DNA of 64,000 nucleotides from Candidatus Latescibacterota bacterium (GTDB lineage Bacteria; Latescibacterota; UBA2968): NCBI GenBank assembly GCA_965207885.1, contig OZ242311.1, positions 5,088,001 to 5,152,000 of the forward strand, read 5' to 3'. Shown piece by piece: positions 54,631 to 64,000 of this stretch (position 1 is its first letter; each line of letters starts with the position of its first letter). The notes under the pieces were generated by a model. It saw only the letters and a program-made list of their open reading frames with translations, ran no database searches and was not told where the DNA came from. The position numbers and the translations under genes were made by a program.

Positions 54631-57246
54631 ATGAAAAAATGCGTTCGGTTTTTTGCAATTCGACTGATTCCCATATACCTCGTCCTGATTGCAAGCGGGG
54701 CAAAGGCAGAACAGCCCTTCATAACCCTGATGACCCGGTCGGATTCTCTGATACTGGCTGCTGATGTGCGGATTGAGATGGACAGTGCGCGACACGCAAT
54801 AGACCTGTTGCAGGAAGCTGTACACCTGGACCCGGAATTGGCCGAAGGCTACGCCCGCCTGGGCACGGCATATCTGGAATCCCGCGAGCGAAAAAAGCAA
54901 TGGAAAAAAGCCAGACAGGCATTTGAAAAGGCACTGAGCTTAAATCCAGACCTCGTAGAAGCGCACGACGGACTGGGGCAGATCGCGCTCTATCAGAAGG
55001 AAGATATCCACGGAGCACGGGCACATTTTGAAAAAGCCATCGCTCTCGCCCCCAAATCGCAGAAAATACGCTATCACCTTGACCTCGTGCGACTCCTGCA
55101 AGAGGATCGGTCTTTGAAACGGGCATCCGAACGGGCACTTGAGCGCGACTCGACGGATGTCGCAGCCTGCAAAATCATGGCGAAACACCATGAAAAAAAG
55201 GATGAGTGGGGCCGGGTAATCAACCTATACGAGCGCAGTGTGCGACAGGCCCCCGAAGACCTGGATGTCGCCTATCAGTTGGGCGTAATTTACGCCACGA
55301 ACGGACGCTTTGCCGAGTTGCGAGACCTGCTGGTCTATTTGAGTAATACAGTCGAAACGCGCCGTTTTTTGCCCCTGATAGCCCAAGTCTTTCTCCATGA
55401 AGGCGATGGCGAACGGGCCGTACGCATCTTTCGCAACTACATCACCCTTCTCGATGCCGCAGAGGCGGCACTCTACCGGGACATCTCCCTTCTGGCCTCC
55501 ATACCCGAACTGGAATCCTATGCCAGAGTCACATCGGCTATAGAGCGCGAAGCCTTTCTGCGCCGCTTCTGGATTCGGCACGACCTATCGCGCGTATCCG
55601 GTGGATTTTTGCGCCAGGCAGAACACTACCGCCGGGTCTGGCACGCGCGCGCACATTTTTCAAAAGCGATATATCCCTGGGATCGCCGAGGCGAAGTGTA
55701 CATCCGTTACGGTGAACCCGATTATCGGTCAACATCCGACCGCCTGAATGCCGACATGCCAGCCAAGGCACAGCGCATCAAAGAGCGAATGGCTGTAGAT
55801 CTCTACGGACCGGACGCCGTGGGCGAATTTTTCACAGGACCGGTATATCCCGTTCGGAGCAACCGCGCTTTCAGCGTCAAAGCACCCGATCCCCAGGACC
55901 TGGGTTTGACCTCGGACGAGATCCAACTCATATTTTTACTCGAAGACGCCCAGGATGCCGAACGCACCGAATTGTCGGAACGGGCACAGGCTGCAGACGC
56001 GGGCGAAGGCGACCAGGTGACCCGAATAGAGGATCAAGAACAAACCCTGGCCGCGCTGGGCGATGTGAACACGGGTGATCTGAGCTTCTCGCCGTCGCGG
56101 GTGCGCCAGGAGCGGTTTGTCGAGCAGTCAATGGGACTATTCATGCCCGTAACCAACCGCGAAGACGCCAGCATAGTACCCTGGGAATCATGGGTATATA
56201 CCATGGTCGCTGAGGGCCTGGAGGTCACATTTACCGACGAGTATTTTCAGGGCAATTTCGAGTTTGCACCCGTACCCACGCATGTACCCAACGAATTAAA
56301 AGAGCGCTATGTCGAGGTGCGAGACCTCACGGATTTTCTGTACCATTCACCAGAACTGGTCGTAAACAAAATGGCCGGACGGATACCCGACTTTCACGAC
56401 TTTGCCCGGGGCGCCCAGCCCCTGGATTTCTGGTACCGCACAGCCAGCTTTAAAGGAAAAGACGGCCGCACACGCCTGGAAATCTACAGCGGTATCCCGC
56501 CGGATTCGCTGCTCAAAAAACAGGAGGGCACATGGGTCATGCGCAGTGCGGCACTAACAGATCCCGCAGTGGATCAAACCTACCGGGACGAACGAAAATT
56601 TTTCCTCGATGAAACCTTTTTACAAACCTCAGTCGATACATCTCGGGGATGGCAAAATCTGGTACTGGATATAGCCGCCATAGAAGCACCGCCGGGAACC
56701 TATGAACTCGGCCTGCGGGTTCGGGAGGCGGAAACGCGGCGGTTTCAGATCTACCAACAACAGATAATATTGGAAGACTATTCCAGGACCGACTTGAACT
56801 TGAGCGACATCGAGTTGGCCTGGTCAATCTCAGATGAGACACCATCAGAAGGTGTTTTTGTCAAACAGGGATTGAACATAATGCCCATGTCGGTATGGGC
56901 ATTCCCGGAAAAACATCCGGCCTTTCTCTATTTTGAAATCTATCATCTGAGCAGAGATGAATTTGGACAAACGCACTACCGCGTGACCTATGACATCCAA
57001 TCCAAAGATCAGAAGAGCCGGGGTGCCCGTGTCCTCGCCGGACTGGGTCGCCTGCTGGGAAAAGAGGAAGGAAAACAAGGGGTGAGCGTAACCTATGACC
57101 AGATTGGAAATACCACAGACGGTCTCTCTTATGTGGAGCTAAATCTCGACGGAGCGGGGAAAGGCGACCATGAGGTGCAGGTAACCGTAGAAGATCTGGT
57201 AAGCGGCGTGCAGGTGAGGAAAAAAACGACCTTTGGGATTCGATAA
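54631..57246 (+). CDS. secreted TPR + GWxTD-like domain protein (B2)
   Basis: Signal peptide, TPRs, EHYRRVWHA..F...WDRRGEVYIRYGEPD, WESWVY, LSDIELA/LYFEIYHL. Confidence 0.85.
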   Translation: MKKCVRFFAIRLIPIYLVLIASGAKAEQPFITLMTRSDSLILAADVRIEMDSARHAIDLLQEAVHLDPELAEGYARLGTAYLESRERKKQWKKARQAFEKALSLNPDLVEAHDGLGQIALYQKEDIHGARAHFEKAIALAPKSQKIRYHLDLVRLLQEDRSLKRASERALERDSTDVAACKIMAKHHEKKDEWGRVINLYERSVRQAPEDLDVAYQLGVIYATNGRFAELRDLLVYLSNTVETRRFLPLIAQVFLHEGDGERAVRIFRNYITLLDAAEAALYRDISLLASIPELESYARVTSAIEREAFLRRFWIRHDLSRVSGGFLRQAEHYRRVWHARAHFSKAIYPWDRRGEVYIRYGEPDYRSTSDRLNADMPAKAQRIKERMAVDLYGPDAVGEFFTGPVYPVRSNRAFSVKAPDPQDLGLTSDEIQLIFLLEDAQDAERTELSERAQAADAGEGDQVTRIEDQEQTLAALGDVNTGDLSFSPSRVRQERFVEQSMGLFMPVTNREDASIVPWESWVYTMVAEGLEVTFTDEYFQGNFEFAPVPTHVPNELKERYVEVRDLTDFLYHSPELVVNKMAGRIPDFHDFARGAQPLDFWYRTASFKGKDGRTRLEIYSGIPPDSLLKKQEGTWVMRSAALTDPAVDQTYRDERKFFLDETFLQTSVDTSRGWQNLVLDIAAIEAPPGTYELGLRVREAETRRFQIYQQQIILEDYSRTDLNLSDIELAWSISDETPSEGVFVKQGLNIMPMSVWAFPEKHPAFLYFEIYHLSRDEFGQTHYRVTYDIQSKDQKSRGARVLAGLGRLLGKEEGKQGVSVTYDQIGNTTDGLSYVELNLDGAGKGDHEVQVTVEDLVSGVQVRKKTTFGIR

Positions 57247-57301
57247 GAGGGAGATGTTTTACTTATTAAAAAAATAAGTAATATTATATCGAGTTCATAG
57301 T

Positions 57302-57997
57302 CTATGAACCACCAAACGCAGTGACAAAGAGTAAAAAGTCAAACATATCAACGGTCCCGTTGAGATTCATATCTGCCAGCACATTGTATTTGGCATCTCC
57401 CGACCGGGTATTAAACGCAGCAACAAAGAATAAAAAGTCGGCCATGTTGACAATCTCGTTACCGTCAAAATCACCGGGAAAAGGGGGAATTTCCATAAAG
57501 GATATTGCCGCGCCGGATGCATCCATATCTTGAATCCCATCCCCGTTTGCCCATGCCGCTGCTTGAATAATGAGAACAATATCTGAAGTTAGCGGATGTG
57601 CTACGTTCAGTGTAATCTGGCCTAAGTACCCGTTCGCCGGAATCGTTACCGTGGCGAGAGATAGCATAGCTAAGGTCGGATTGCCCGACCTGGCACGAGC
57701 AAGGCGCATATTTTTTTCAGTCCATCCAATTCCGTTGATATCGCCGATATAACTGTCAAACGCTTTGCCCGGCAAAGCCAGTTCAACGACGTAACCGTGG
57801 CTCTTTTGCCCTGCAGCATCAGGCGCAAAAATCTGAAATTTGATGGTATCACCCGGTTGTTTCTCTGTCAACTCCTGTAAGTTATTGTTATACGCGGGAT
57901 TTTCAATCAGCGTATCGACATAAAGCCGTGGAGGATCGGCCGAAGAAGGAGGAGTTACAAAAACCAATAACGCAAATACGACAAGCACCCAAGGCAT
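57302..57997 (-). CDS. secreted protein with cohesin-like beta domain and C-terminal dockerin/EF-hand-like module
   Basis: Signal peptide; GDFDGNEIVNMADF and DMNLNGTVDMFDF Ca-binding repeats; cohesin call is by pattern only. Confidence 0.7.
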   Translation of the reverse strand: MPWVLVVFALLVFVTPPSSADPPRLYVDTLIENPAYNNNLQELTEKQPGDTIKFQIFAPDAAGQKSHGYVVELALPGKAFDSYIGDINGIGWTEKNMRLARARSGNPTLAMLSLATVTIPANGYLGQITLNVAHPLTSDIVLIIQAAAWANGDGIQDMDASGAAISFMEIPPFPGDFDGNEIVNMADFLFFVAAFNTRSGDAKYNVLADMNLNGTVDMFDFLLFVTAFGGS

Positions 57998-58097
57998 GTT
58001 CGAATCTCCTGAACTGGTAGTGGGTGCTCTGATTCCCTTTTATTTATATACTGAAATCATAAGCAAATGCAAGCACTTTTACTTATGCTAATTTCCG

Positions 58098-58115
58098 TTC
58101 TGCCAAATGGCAGAA
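58098..58115. promoter_or_regulatory. operator-like inverted repeat
   Basis: TTCTGCCA-AA-TGGCAGAA, perfect 8-2-8, 19 bp upstream of a -35 box in a divergent intergenic region. Confidence 0.5.
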
Positions 58116-58134
58116 TTTTTTGTATCGAAACCGC

Positions 58135-58162
58135 TTGACATCTGAGTACAGGCGTTTATATT
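58135..58162 (+). promoter_or_regulatory. sigma70-type promoter
   Basis: TTGACA-16 nt-TATATT upstream of the barrel/TBDR operon. Confidence 0.6.
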
Positions 58163-58299
58163 TTGGCAAGGCTAATACTTACAATTACTATGATCATCAT
58201 TCTTATTTATATTTAAGTTTTACTTTTAGTGGCTATAAAAATAAATAGTGTTCCTCAGCAATTAACCCCATTCTCATTGAGTGGGCGTCACAAGGAGGG

Positions 58300-59049
58300 T
58301 TGCGTATGAAACGAGGGATAATTTCTGTAGTTTGTTTGATGTTCTTCGCGCTGCCGGGCAATAGCTATGGCGATGCCCATGGGCAGGACACGGGCGTGGT
58401 GGGAAAAGTTGGCCTGGGTTTGAGCGGCAACTTCAACTTCCCCGTATTCGGCATGAGTGATCGTTTCCGCGCACAGGAAGCATTCGGACTGTATTTCACC
58501 TATGCGCGGGATGCGCGCAATACCTTAGAGGTGGAATTTCACCGCACGCGCTTTGATCCCGGCAAAATTCAAGAAGCGACTTTTTACTGGCCCGAAGACA
58601 AGCCGGAAGAGTGGCAGAAAATCACAAGTCCGCTGGCGCGCAATTACATGACAGTCAATGCGTTTACGATCAACGGCCTGTATCACCTGAAAGCGCGAAC
58701 AGGTGGTTCGGATGGCGTGACCGGAGGTCCTTTCATCGCCTATGGCGGTGGATTTTACCACTACAAAAACTCGGTAGCGGGCCTGATCTTTGCAGGACAA
58801 CCGAACCTGGGCGGGGGGATCGATCCGACATTGGAACTGGCGCCATTTGACGATACGGATGTGGCGTGGGGGCTCAACGTGGGCTTAGGTGTGGAGGTAT
58901 TGGCAGGTAGTCGCGCAGCGGTTGATGCGCGGGCGCGGTGGAACCTGCTGATCGGGGAATTGCGGCAGTTGGAGTCTTATGGCTTCGCGCGCACCTTTCC
59001 GCTGCACTATTTCGAGATCGGGCTTTCGGTCAAATACTACGTGATGTAA
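58300..59049 (+). CDS. outer-membrane beta-barrel protein (small, OmpA/OmpW-like)
   Basis: Signal peptide, amphipathic strands, WGLNVGLGVE, terminal GLSVKYY; AAGGAGG RBS. Confidence 0.78.
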   Translation: MRMKRGIISVVCLMFFALPGNSYGDAHGQDTGVVGKVGLGLSGNFNFPVFGMSDRFRAQEAFGLYFTYARDARNTLEVEFHRTRFDPGKIQEATFYWPEDKPEEWQKITSPLARNYMTVNAFTINGLYHLKARTGGSDGVTGGPFIAYGGGFYHYKNSVAGLIFAGQPNLGGGIDPTLELAPFDDTDVAWGLNVGLGVEVLAGSRAAVDARARWNLLIGELRQLESYGFARTFPLHYFEIGLSVKYYVM

Positions 59050-59085
59050 TGTAATAAACAACCCTTTATGTAAGGAGGCATAGAG

Positions 59086-62000
59086 ATGATAAGAAAGTTA
59101 GCATTTTTGTCCGTTTTGCTGGTTTGTGTCCTGGGCGTGCAGGACTGGGCACAGGCGGCAACAACGGGTAAGATAGCTGGCAGGGTAATGGATACCAAAG
59201 GCGACCCATTGCCCGGTGCCAACGTCGTAATCACGGGAACAAACCGGGGTGCGACCGCAGATGCAGAAGGATATTATATCATCTTGCTGGTTCTGCCGGG
59301 AACACACAGCATGGAAGCCTCGCTGGTGGGGTACCAGAAGGTCGTACAGCAAGATGTAAAAGTGGTGGTGGGCTATACCTCCACAGTGGATTTCAACCTC
59401 ACCGAGACAGCACTGGAAGCCGCAGAACTGATCGTGACGGCAGAGCGTCCACCCGTAGAGCCGGACAAGACCGCGAGCAAATACTATGTAACGGCTGACG
59501 AGATCGACTTGCAGCCCGTGGTCAAAGATGCTCGGGCGTGGGCGGGCTTGCAGCCGGGCGTACAGAAAGACGGACGGTCAGTGCGGCAGGGCAACTTTCA
59601 AATGGACGAAGGCGAACGCCGTGCGGGCTGGTACACGACAACGCCAAAGCCCATTTCACTCACCTATACTGTTGACGGTGTGCGGATGGTGAATAATGAC
59701 CGCCGCGCGGCAAATATGTTCACGGGTGTGAACCGCGCATCGATCCAGGAAATCTCTGTGGTAACCGGTGTGCCAGAAGCCGAATACGGAAACATGGACG
59801 CCGGGATCATCAATATCGTGACGCGAGAAGGTAGCCGAGACTACCACGGATTCTTCGAGTATCGTTACACGGTTGCCGGAAAGCGGCATTACGGCTTCAA
59901 TGCCTATGACCCGATCATTCACCTGAACCAGGGCACGGGCAAGAGCCGCATCCGCCTGGACGATCCGGCCTGGTTGCAGGAAAAGGAAAATATTGGTTCC
60001 GATGGATTGCCCGGCACAGCGGATGATTCAGGACGCCTGGTGCATATCCAGCCAGACGATTACACAGATGTATCGGGGCATCGCCTCGAGGGATCCATTT
60101 CGGGTCCCATTGGGGACAAGACCTCGTTCCACGTGAGCGCGCAGACAAATCGACAACCCGTACAGCGTCCCGATCCCGCACTTCAAGGCCTGCCCAATTA
60201 TCAGGTGACGGGCAAGCTGACATTTGGCGTAAAGCCCAATATCAACCTGAAGGTGGGTGGTGTGTATGGAACGAACCAGAATTTCCGCAATACGCGAGAG
60301 TCGGCATTATCAGCCGGTCGAGACCTGTATTTGCCCATAGGTATGGATGGTGCGGGCAAAGAGATCGAATGGAACTCGATGTTGTACGCGTATTTGACGC
60401 ACTCCCTGTCTTCGCGCACCCTGTACGAGTTGCGTATCTCGCGTGCAGACAGCGAGCAGGACTCATTGGATATTCCTGTAGAAACGTTCAATGTGGTTCG
60501 GGACCACGACAGGTGGTTTACGGCAACACCGCGTCCGGTTCGGGACTTCCGATTGAATCGTCAGACGCGCAACAATTTGAAATTTGATTTCTCCAGTCAG
60601 GTTACAAAGGGAAATTTCTTTAAGGCAGGAGCCGAAGCAACGTGGTTCCAGACCTACCAGTGGGAATTACAGAGCCGTGGAAACCCGGGCAGTTATCGGC
60701 TATGGTCGATGTACGACTACTATGCATCGGCTCAGAATCGGTTGGGTGCAGATGGTCAGATGGACTACGTGCCCGTCACGACTGTGAACGGCGTCAAGCT
60801 GGCCGATATAAGCCGGGCCAGCAGTCTGGACGATCCGGCATGGAACGGCTACCGGGATTATCCGAGAAAAGCATTCCAGCTTGGAGCTTATGCACAGGAC
60901 AAAATGGAGTTTGAGGGGATGGTCGTAAACGTGGGCGTGCGCCTGGATGCGTTTGATCACGGCGGTCAGACGCGCCCCGAACCCGTGTGGTCGGTGCTGC
61001 CCCAAAACCGCTGGTTTTCCGATGCAGATGCGGCATTGGCGCGGCAGGGTCAAACGCCCTATCCCAACAATCCGCAGTCATTCCCGACTTATGATGGTCT
61101 AAATATGTTCAAACTGTCGCCGCGCTTCGGGGTATCTCACCCGATTACCGCGCGGTCTGCGATTCACTTCTCCTATGGCCGGTTCTTCGTCCTCCCGATT
61201 TTCTATGCGATGTACGGACAGACCTGGCAGGTGGCTTCGGGCCGAGGTATGTCCGAAGACTTGAACGCAGACGGCAGATACAGTTCTTATGAGTATTACG
61301 GCGGCCTGGAAATGGGTTCGACCAAGCGCGGATCGACAAATTCGCGTCCGGGCAGTACCGTGAACTACGAAGTGGGGGTCGATTGGAACTTTGTTTCGGA
61401 CTACACGGCCAATGCGACGATGTTCTACCGCCGCACAGAAGACTATCTCCAGCAGAACAACACCTTTTTGCACGATCCGGTAGAGAAGCAGATCAAGCGC
61501 GCGCACTGGTATCAGAACGCGTACAGCGGTGAAACGCGCGGCCTGGAATTGGCTGTGAGCAAGCGGTTCACCAACTTCTTCTCATTCCGCGCGACGTGGA
61601 GCTGGTATTGGGAGCAGAACAACTTCTACGGCGGTCGAGAGTGGGTAGGGCGCTGGTTCGTGGATTCGGACTTCCTGGCCAAGGATGCGTATCGCTTCAA
61701 GTTTGCAATCGACCAGACCACGGGTGAGCGCATCTGGCAACCCCTGTCGAGTGCCGAAGTCGATGCCATTGGCATGTTTGCCAACCAGTTGGTGCAGCAG
61801 GAAATCGACGCCAACCGGGAATTGTGGATCACCGAAAAATTCGCCAATCAGGTGCCGGATGCACAGGTTGGATTCCCCTGGACCAACGAGCGGAATATTG
61901 CGGCTCGGATACACACGATAGGGGGCGTGCGCGGTCCCGCCAACATGCGCGATGCCACGGGCGATGGAAGCATCACATTCTTATTTGCCACGCCCGAAGG

Positions 62001-62433
62001 ATATGGTCCAGAGGTGGGCGGGAGCAAGGTGCTGAGCGATTTGAACGTGAACCTGGTGCTGCGAATCGAGCCGGGCACATTCTTCCGCTATAGCCAGCCC
62101 ACGCCATCTCCCTCGACTGCCAACAAGTTGATCAGGAACCAGTTGTTGTTCACCAATCCAACGGCATTCCGCACGGATCTGGGCATTCAGAAGGGCTTCC
62201 GAATTGGGAAGTTGCGTCCAACCCTGTTCTTTGAGGCGACCAATTTGTTCAACGCCAAAAAACCGCGTTCGATCCGCAGGTGGAATTTCTTCCACGACAT
62301 ACCCAAGTACGGTCTGGCTGAGAACCAGCCCACACCAGTGGTGGTGCGGGACAACAACCAGATCTGGGATCAGTGGAACAGCTACACGAATCGCACCCGC
62401 GAGATCTATTTCGGCGTGCGCACGAGCATGTAA
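59086..62433 (+). CDS. TonB-dependent receptor with N-terminal carboxypeptidase-regulatory-like domain
   Basis: TTGKIAGRV.D..G.PLPGANV, IQEISVVTG..AEYGN, YAQDKMEF, LSPRFGVSHPI, C-terminal REIYFGVR. Confidence 0.92.
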   Translation: MIRKLAFLSVLLVCVLGVQDWAQAATTGKIAGRVMDTKGDPLPGANVVITGTNRGATADAEGYYIILLVLPGTHSMEASLVGYQKVVQQDVKVVVGYTSTVDFNLTETALEAAELIVTAERPPVEPDKTASKYYVTADEIDLQPVVKDARAWAGLQPGVQKDGRSVRQGNFQMDEGERRAGWYTTTPKPISLTYTVDGVRMVNNDRRAANMFTGVNRASIQEISVVTGVPEAEYGNMDAGIINIVTREGSRDYHGFFEYRYTVAGKRHYGFNAYDPIIHLNQGTGKSRIRLDDPAWLQEKENIGSDGLPGTADDSGRLVHIQPDDYTDVSGHRLEGSISGPIGDKTSFHVSAQTNRQPVQRPDPALQGLPNYQVTGKLTFGVKPNINLKVGGVYGTNQNFRNTRESALSAGRDLYLPIGMDGAGKEIEWNSMLYAYLTHSLSSRTLYELRISRADSEQDSLDIPVETFNVVRDHDRWFTATPRPVRDFRLNRQTRNNLKFDFSSQVTKGNFFKAGAEATWFQTYQWELQSRGNPGSYRLWSMYDYYASAQNRLGADGQMDYVPVTTVNGVKLADISRASSLDDPAWNGYRDYPRKAFQLGAYAQDKMEFEGMVVNVGVRLDAFDHGGQTRPEPVWSVLPQNRWFSDADAALARQGQTPYPNNPQSFPTYDGLNMFKLSPRFGVSHPITARSAIHFSYGRFFVLPIFYAMYGQTWQVASGRGMSEDLNADGRYSSYEYYGGLEMGSTKRGSTNSRPGSTVNYEVGVDWNFVSDYTANATMFYRRTEDYLQQNNTFLHDPVEKQIKRAHWYQNAYSGETRGLELAVSKRFTNFFSFRATWSWYWEQNNFYGGREWVGRWFVDSDFLAKDAYRFKFAIDQTTGERIWQPLSSAEVDAIGMFANQLVQQEIDANRELWITEKFANQVPDAQVGFPWTNERNIAARIHTIGGVRGPANMRDATGDGSITFLFATPEGYGPEVGGSKVLSDLNVNLVLRIEPGTFFRYSQPTPSPSTANKLIRNQLLFTNPTAFRTDLGIQKGFRIGKLRPTLFFEATNLFNAKKPRSIRRWNFFHDIPKYGLAENQPTPVVVRDNNQIWDQWNSYTNRTREIYFGVRTSM

Positions 62434-62440
62434 ACCGGTG

Positions 62441-62470
62441 GGCCAGAGGACCAGAACAGGTGCTCTGGCC
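62441..62470 (+). other. intergenic stem-loop without U tract
   Basis: GGCCAGAG/CTCTGGCC stem between the TBDR stop and the next RBS. Confidence 0.5.
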
Positions 62471-62496
62471 TTGGCGCCTCTATAAGGAGCGAATTT

Positions 62497-64000
62497 ATGT
62501 TTAAACAAATAATTGGTAAGGCGCTTGCTGGCATTTTTCTGACTGGACTATTTGTGACAGGAGTTCAGGCGGTGGATGAGCCAGTGCCAATGAAGCAGAT
62601 CGACCGCTCAAAGCTGTCGGAATCGTTTCGCAACACAGGACAGCAGGGCGGAACATTTGCCCTGGGGTCGCAGGGATATGTGGCGCGAGAAAACGGATCG
62701 ATGACATATCCGTATATTTATACGGGGTCTTCGACATCGGGCAGTTTCGGCGGTCGAGACCAGGACTACGACAACTCGAAGGGCCAGGGGGTGTGGATAC
62801 TCGCGCGGGATGCGAGTGGAAATACCTATGTCACATCCTCCGGGCCGGTGTCCAACACAGGAGATGTGGAGCAGGTCGTGCCGGATCTGACGCCTGGATC
62901 GGGCAATTTGCGCTTGCGGAACGGGCAAGATCCACCGATGGTAGCAGCCCGGCTGGGGTATGATACCCAGGATGCCAACGTGTGGTTCAACACGGACCGC
63001 GGCGGGATTACCGAGCAGCCCAAACCGATTTCCGAAGAGCCTGTGGAAGTGGATAATTACCGCGAGAACGGGTCATATACGCTGCCCCAGTTCGATCACT
63101 TTCCAGAAGAAACCGTGATTTCGAGATGGCGCAGCAATACGAATATCGAACCAGATGGGACCGGCATGACAATGACGCGGACAGCGTATGGATGGAGCCA
63201 TCCGGATTTCGACGATTTCTTCTTTGTAGAACTGGTTGTGGAGAATACTTCAGACAGATCCTATGAAGAAGTGTATATGGGGTATTTGAACTATTTCAGC
63301 GTGAACAAGCCCGGGCACTCCTATCGCAAGTGGAACGGCTACTGGTTTTCCGAGCCGGGGCGTCGGCTGGAAGACGACCGGTATCAGTTTACCGAAGCCG
63401 CCAATTACGGTGGGAAGTATCAGGGCAAAAAGATATCGTATCAATACGATGGCGATGCGCCCACCAGTTCAAATAACGACATGGGCGAACCCCGGTTCGG
63501 TGCAGAGGCCATTGGCGTGATCGGGATGCGGGCAGATCAAGAATTGTATTCGCCGCAATACATAGGCTGGGGACCTGTGGATGTGACACCGCCCTTTATC
63601 AACGACCCGGAAGTCTATGTGCCAATTACGGGCACGGCTATGGGGGGCGAGGATATTCCCAGCAGTCAGCCTGCGTACGCACACTGGTGGAAGCGCCGAA
63701 GCCGCACCAATATCGAGTTTGAGCCACACGTATCGATTGATACGGTTGAGGATATATGGAAGAAGTTTATCACCCCCGGCAAGCCCTATGACGACAACCC
63801 GATTGAGGGTGGCCCAAGCCCCGGTGAGCGAGAGTTGCAGGAGCAACTGCACTCGCAGATGTACGGTCCCTGGAAATTGGCACCGGGCGACAAGGCAAAA
63901 ATCGTGGTGGTTTTTGCCGCGGGTATGGCATCTGAAAATGCGGGTCCGGGCGGTGAGCCGATGGACTTCCGCATCTGGGCAATGACGCCAGGTGCGCAGT
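62497..64000 (+). CDS. large secreted TBDR-associated protein (3' partial; absent from the ORF track)
   Basis: TAAGGAG RBS, ATG at 62497, signal peptide MFKQIIGKALAGIFLTGLFVTGVQA; frame reads RTAYGWSHPDFDDFFFVELVVENT and YGPWKLAPGDKAKIVVVFAAG and appears open to the window end. Confidence 0.85.
   Translation, partial: MFKQIIGKALAGIFLTGLFVTGVQAVDEPVPMKQIDRSKLSESFRNTGQQGGTFALGSQGYVARENGSMTYPYIYTGSSTSGSFGGRDQDYDNSKGQGVWILARDASGNTYVTSSGPVSNTGDVEQVVPDLTPGSGNLRLRNGQDPPMVAARLGYDTQDANVWFNTDRGGITEQPKPISEEPVEVDNYRENGSYTLPQFDHFPEETVISRWRSNTNIEPDGTGMTMTRTAYGWSHPDFDDFFFVELVVENTSDRSYEEVYMGYLNYFSVNKPGHSYRKWNGYWFSEPGRRLEDDRYQFTEAANYGGKYQGKKISYQYDGDAPTSSNNDMGEPRFGAEAIGVIGMRADQELYSPQYIGWGPVDVTPPFINDPEVYVPITGTAMGGEDIPSSQPAYAHWWKRRSRTNIEFEPHVSIDTVEDIWKKFITPGKPYDDNPIEGGPSPGERELQEQLHSQMYGPWKLAPGDKAKIVVVFAAGMASENAGPGGEPMDFRIWAMTPGAQ

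Noticed and set aside
63617-63985. Short ORFs listed at 62.5-64 kb
   Set aside because: They are off-frame or antisense to the long ORF starting at 62497 that runs off the window

Overview
64-kb bacterial chromosomal window of about 50 genes. Its gene content (five PhyH-type Fe/2OG dioxygenase genes, sulfatase, heparinase II/III, DUF6785-type transporter, four TPR-GWxTD proteins, WD40 and dockerin-like proteins, ankyrin repeats, TonB-dependent receptor) suggests a sponge-symbiont lineage such as Latescibacterota or Poribacteria; this is inference only. Most notable: (1) two tandem tRNA-like elements at 7736-7936 with an 8/4 allo-tRNA/tRNA-Sec-like fold, encoded GCCA ends and compensatory stem changes, but 4-nt and 12-nt loops instead of an anticodon loop; (2) an AT-richer defence islet (43.4-47.0 kb) with a DarT1-type DNA ADP-ribosyltransferase fused to four ankyrin repeats, its NADAR antitoxin, and a chimeric-antitoxin/VapC pair; (3) an IS4-family element with a perfect 9-bp target duplication splitting a class A PBP gene; (4) two tandem TPR-GWxTD pairs in which the first member carries basic and the second acidic insertions; (5) PhyH-like enzymes whose HxD iron motif is replaced by HxG/HxS/HxN. 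No CRISPR array, rRNA, canonical tRNA, integrase or prophage genes were seen. All family calls come from motif recognition by eye, not database searches.
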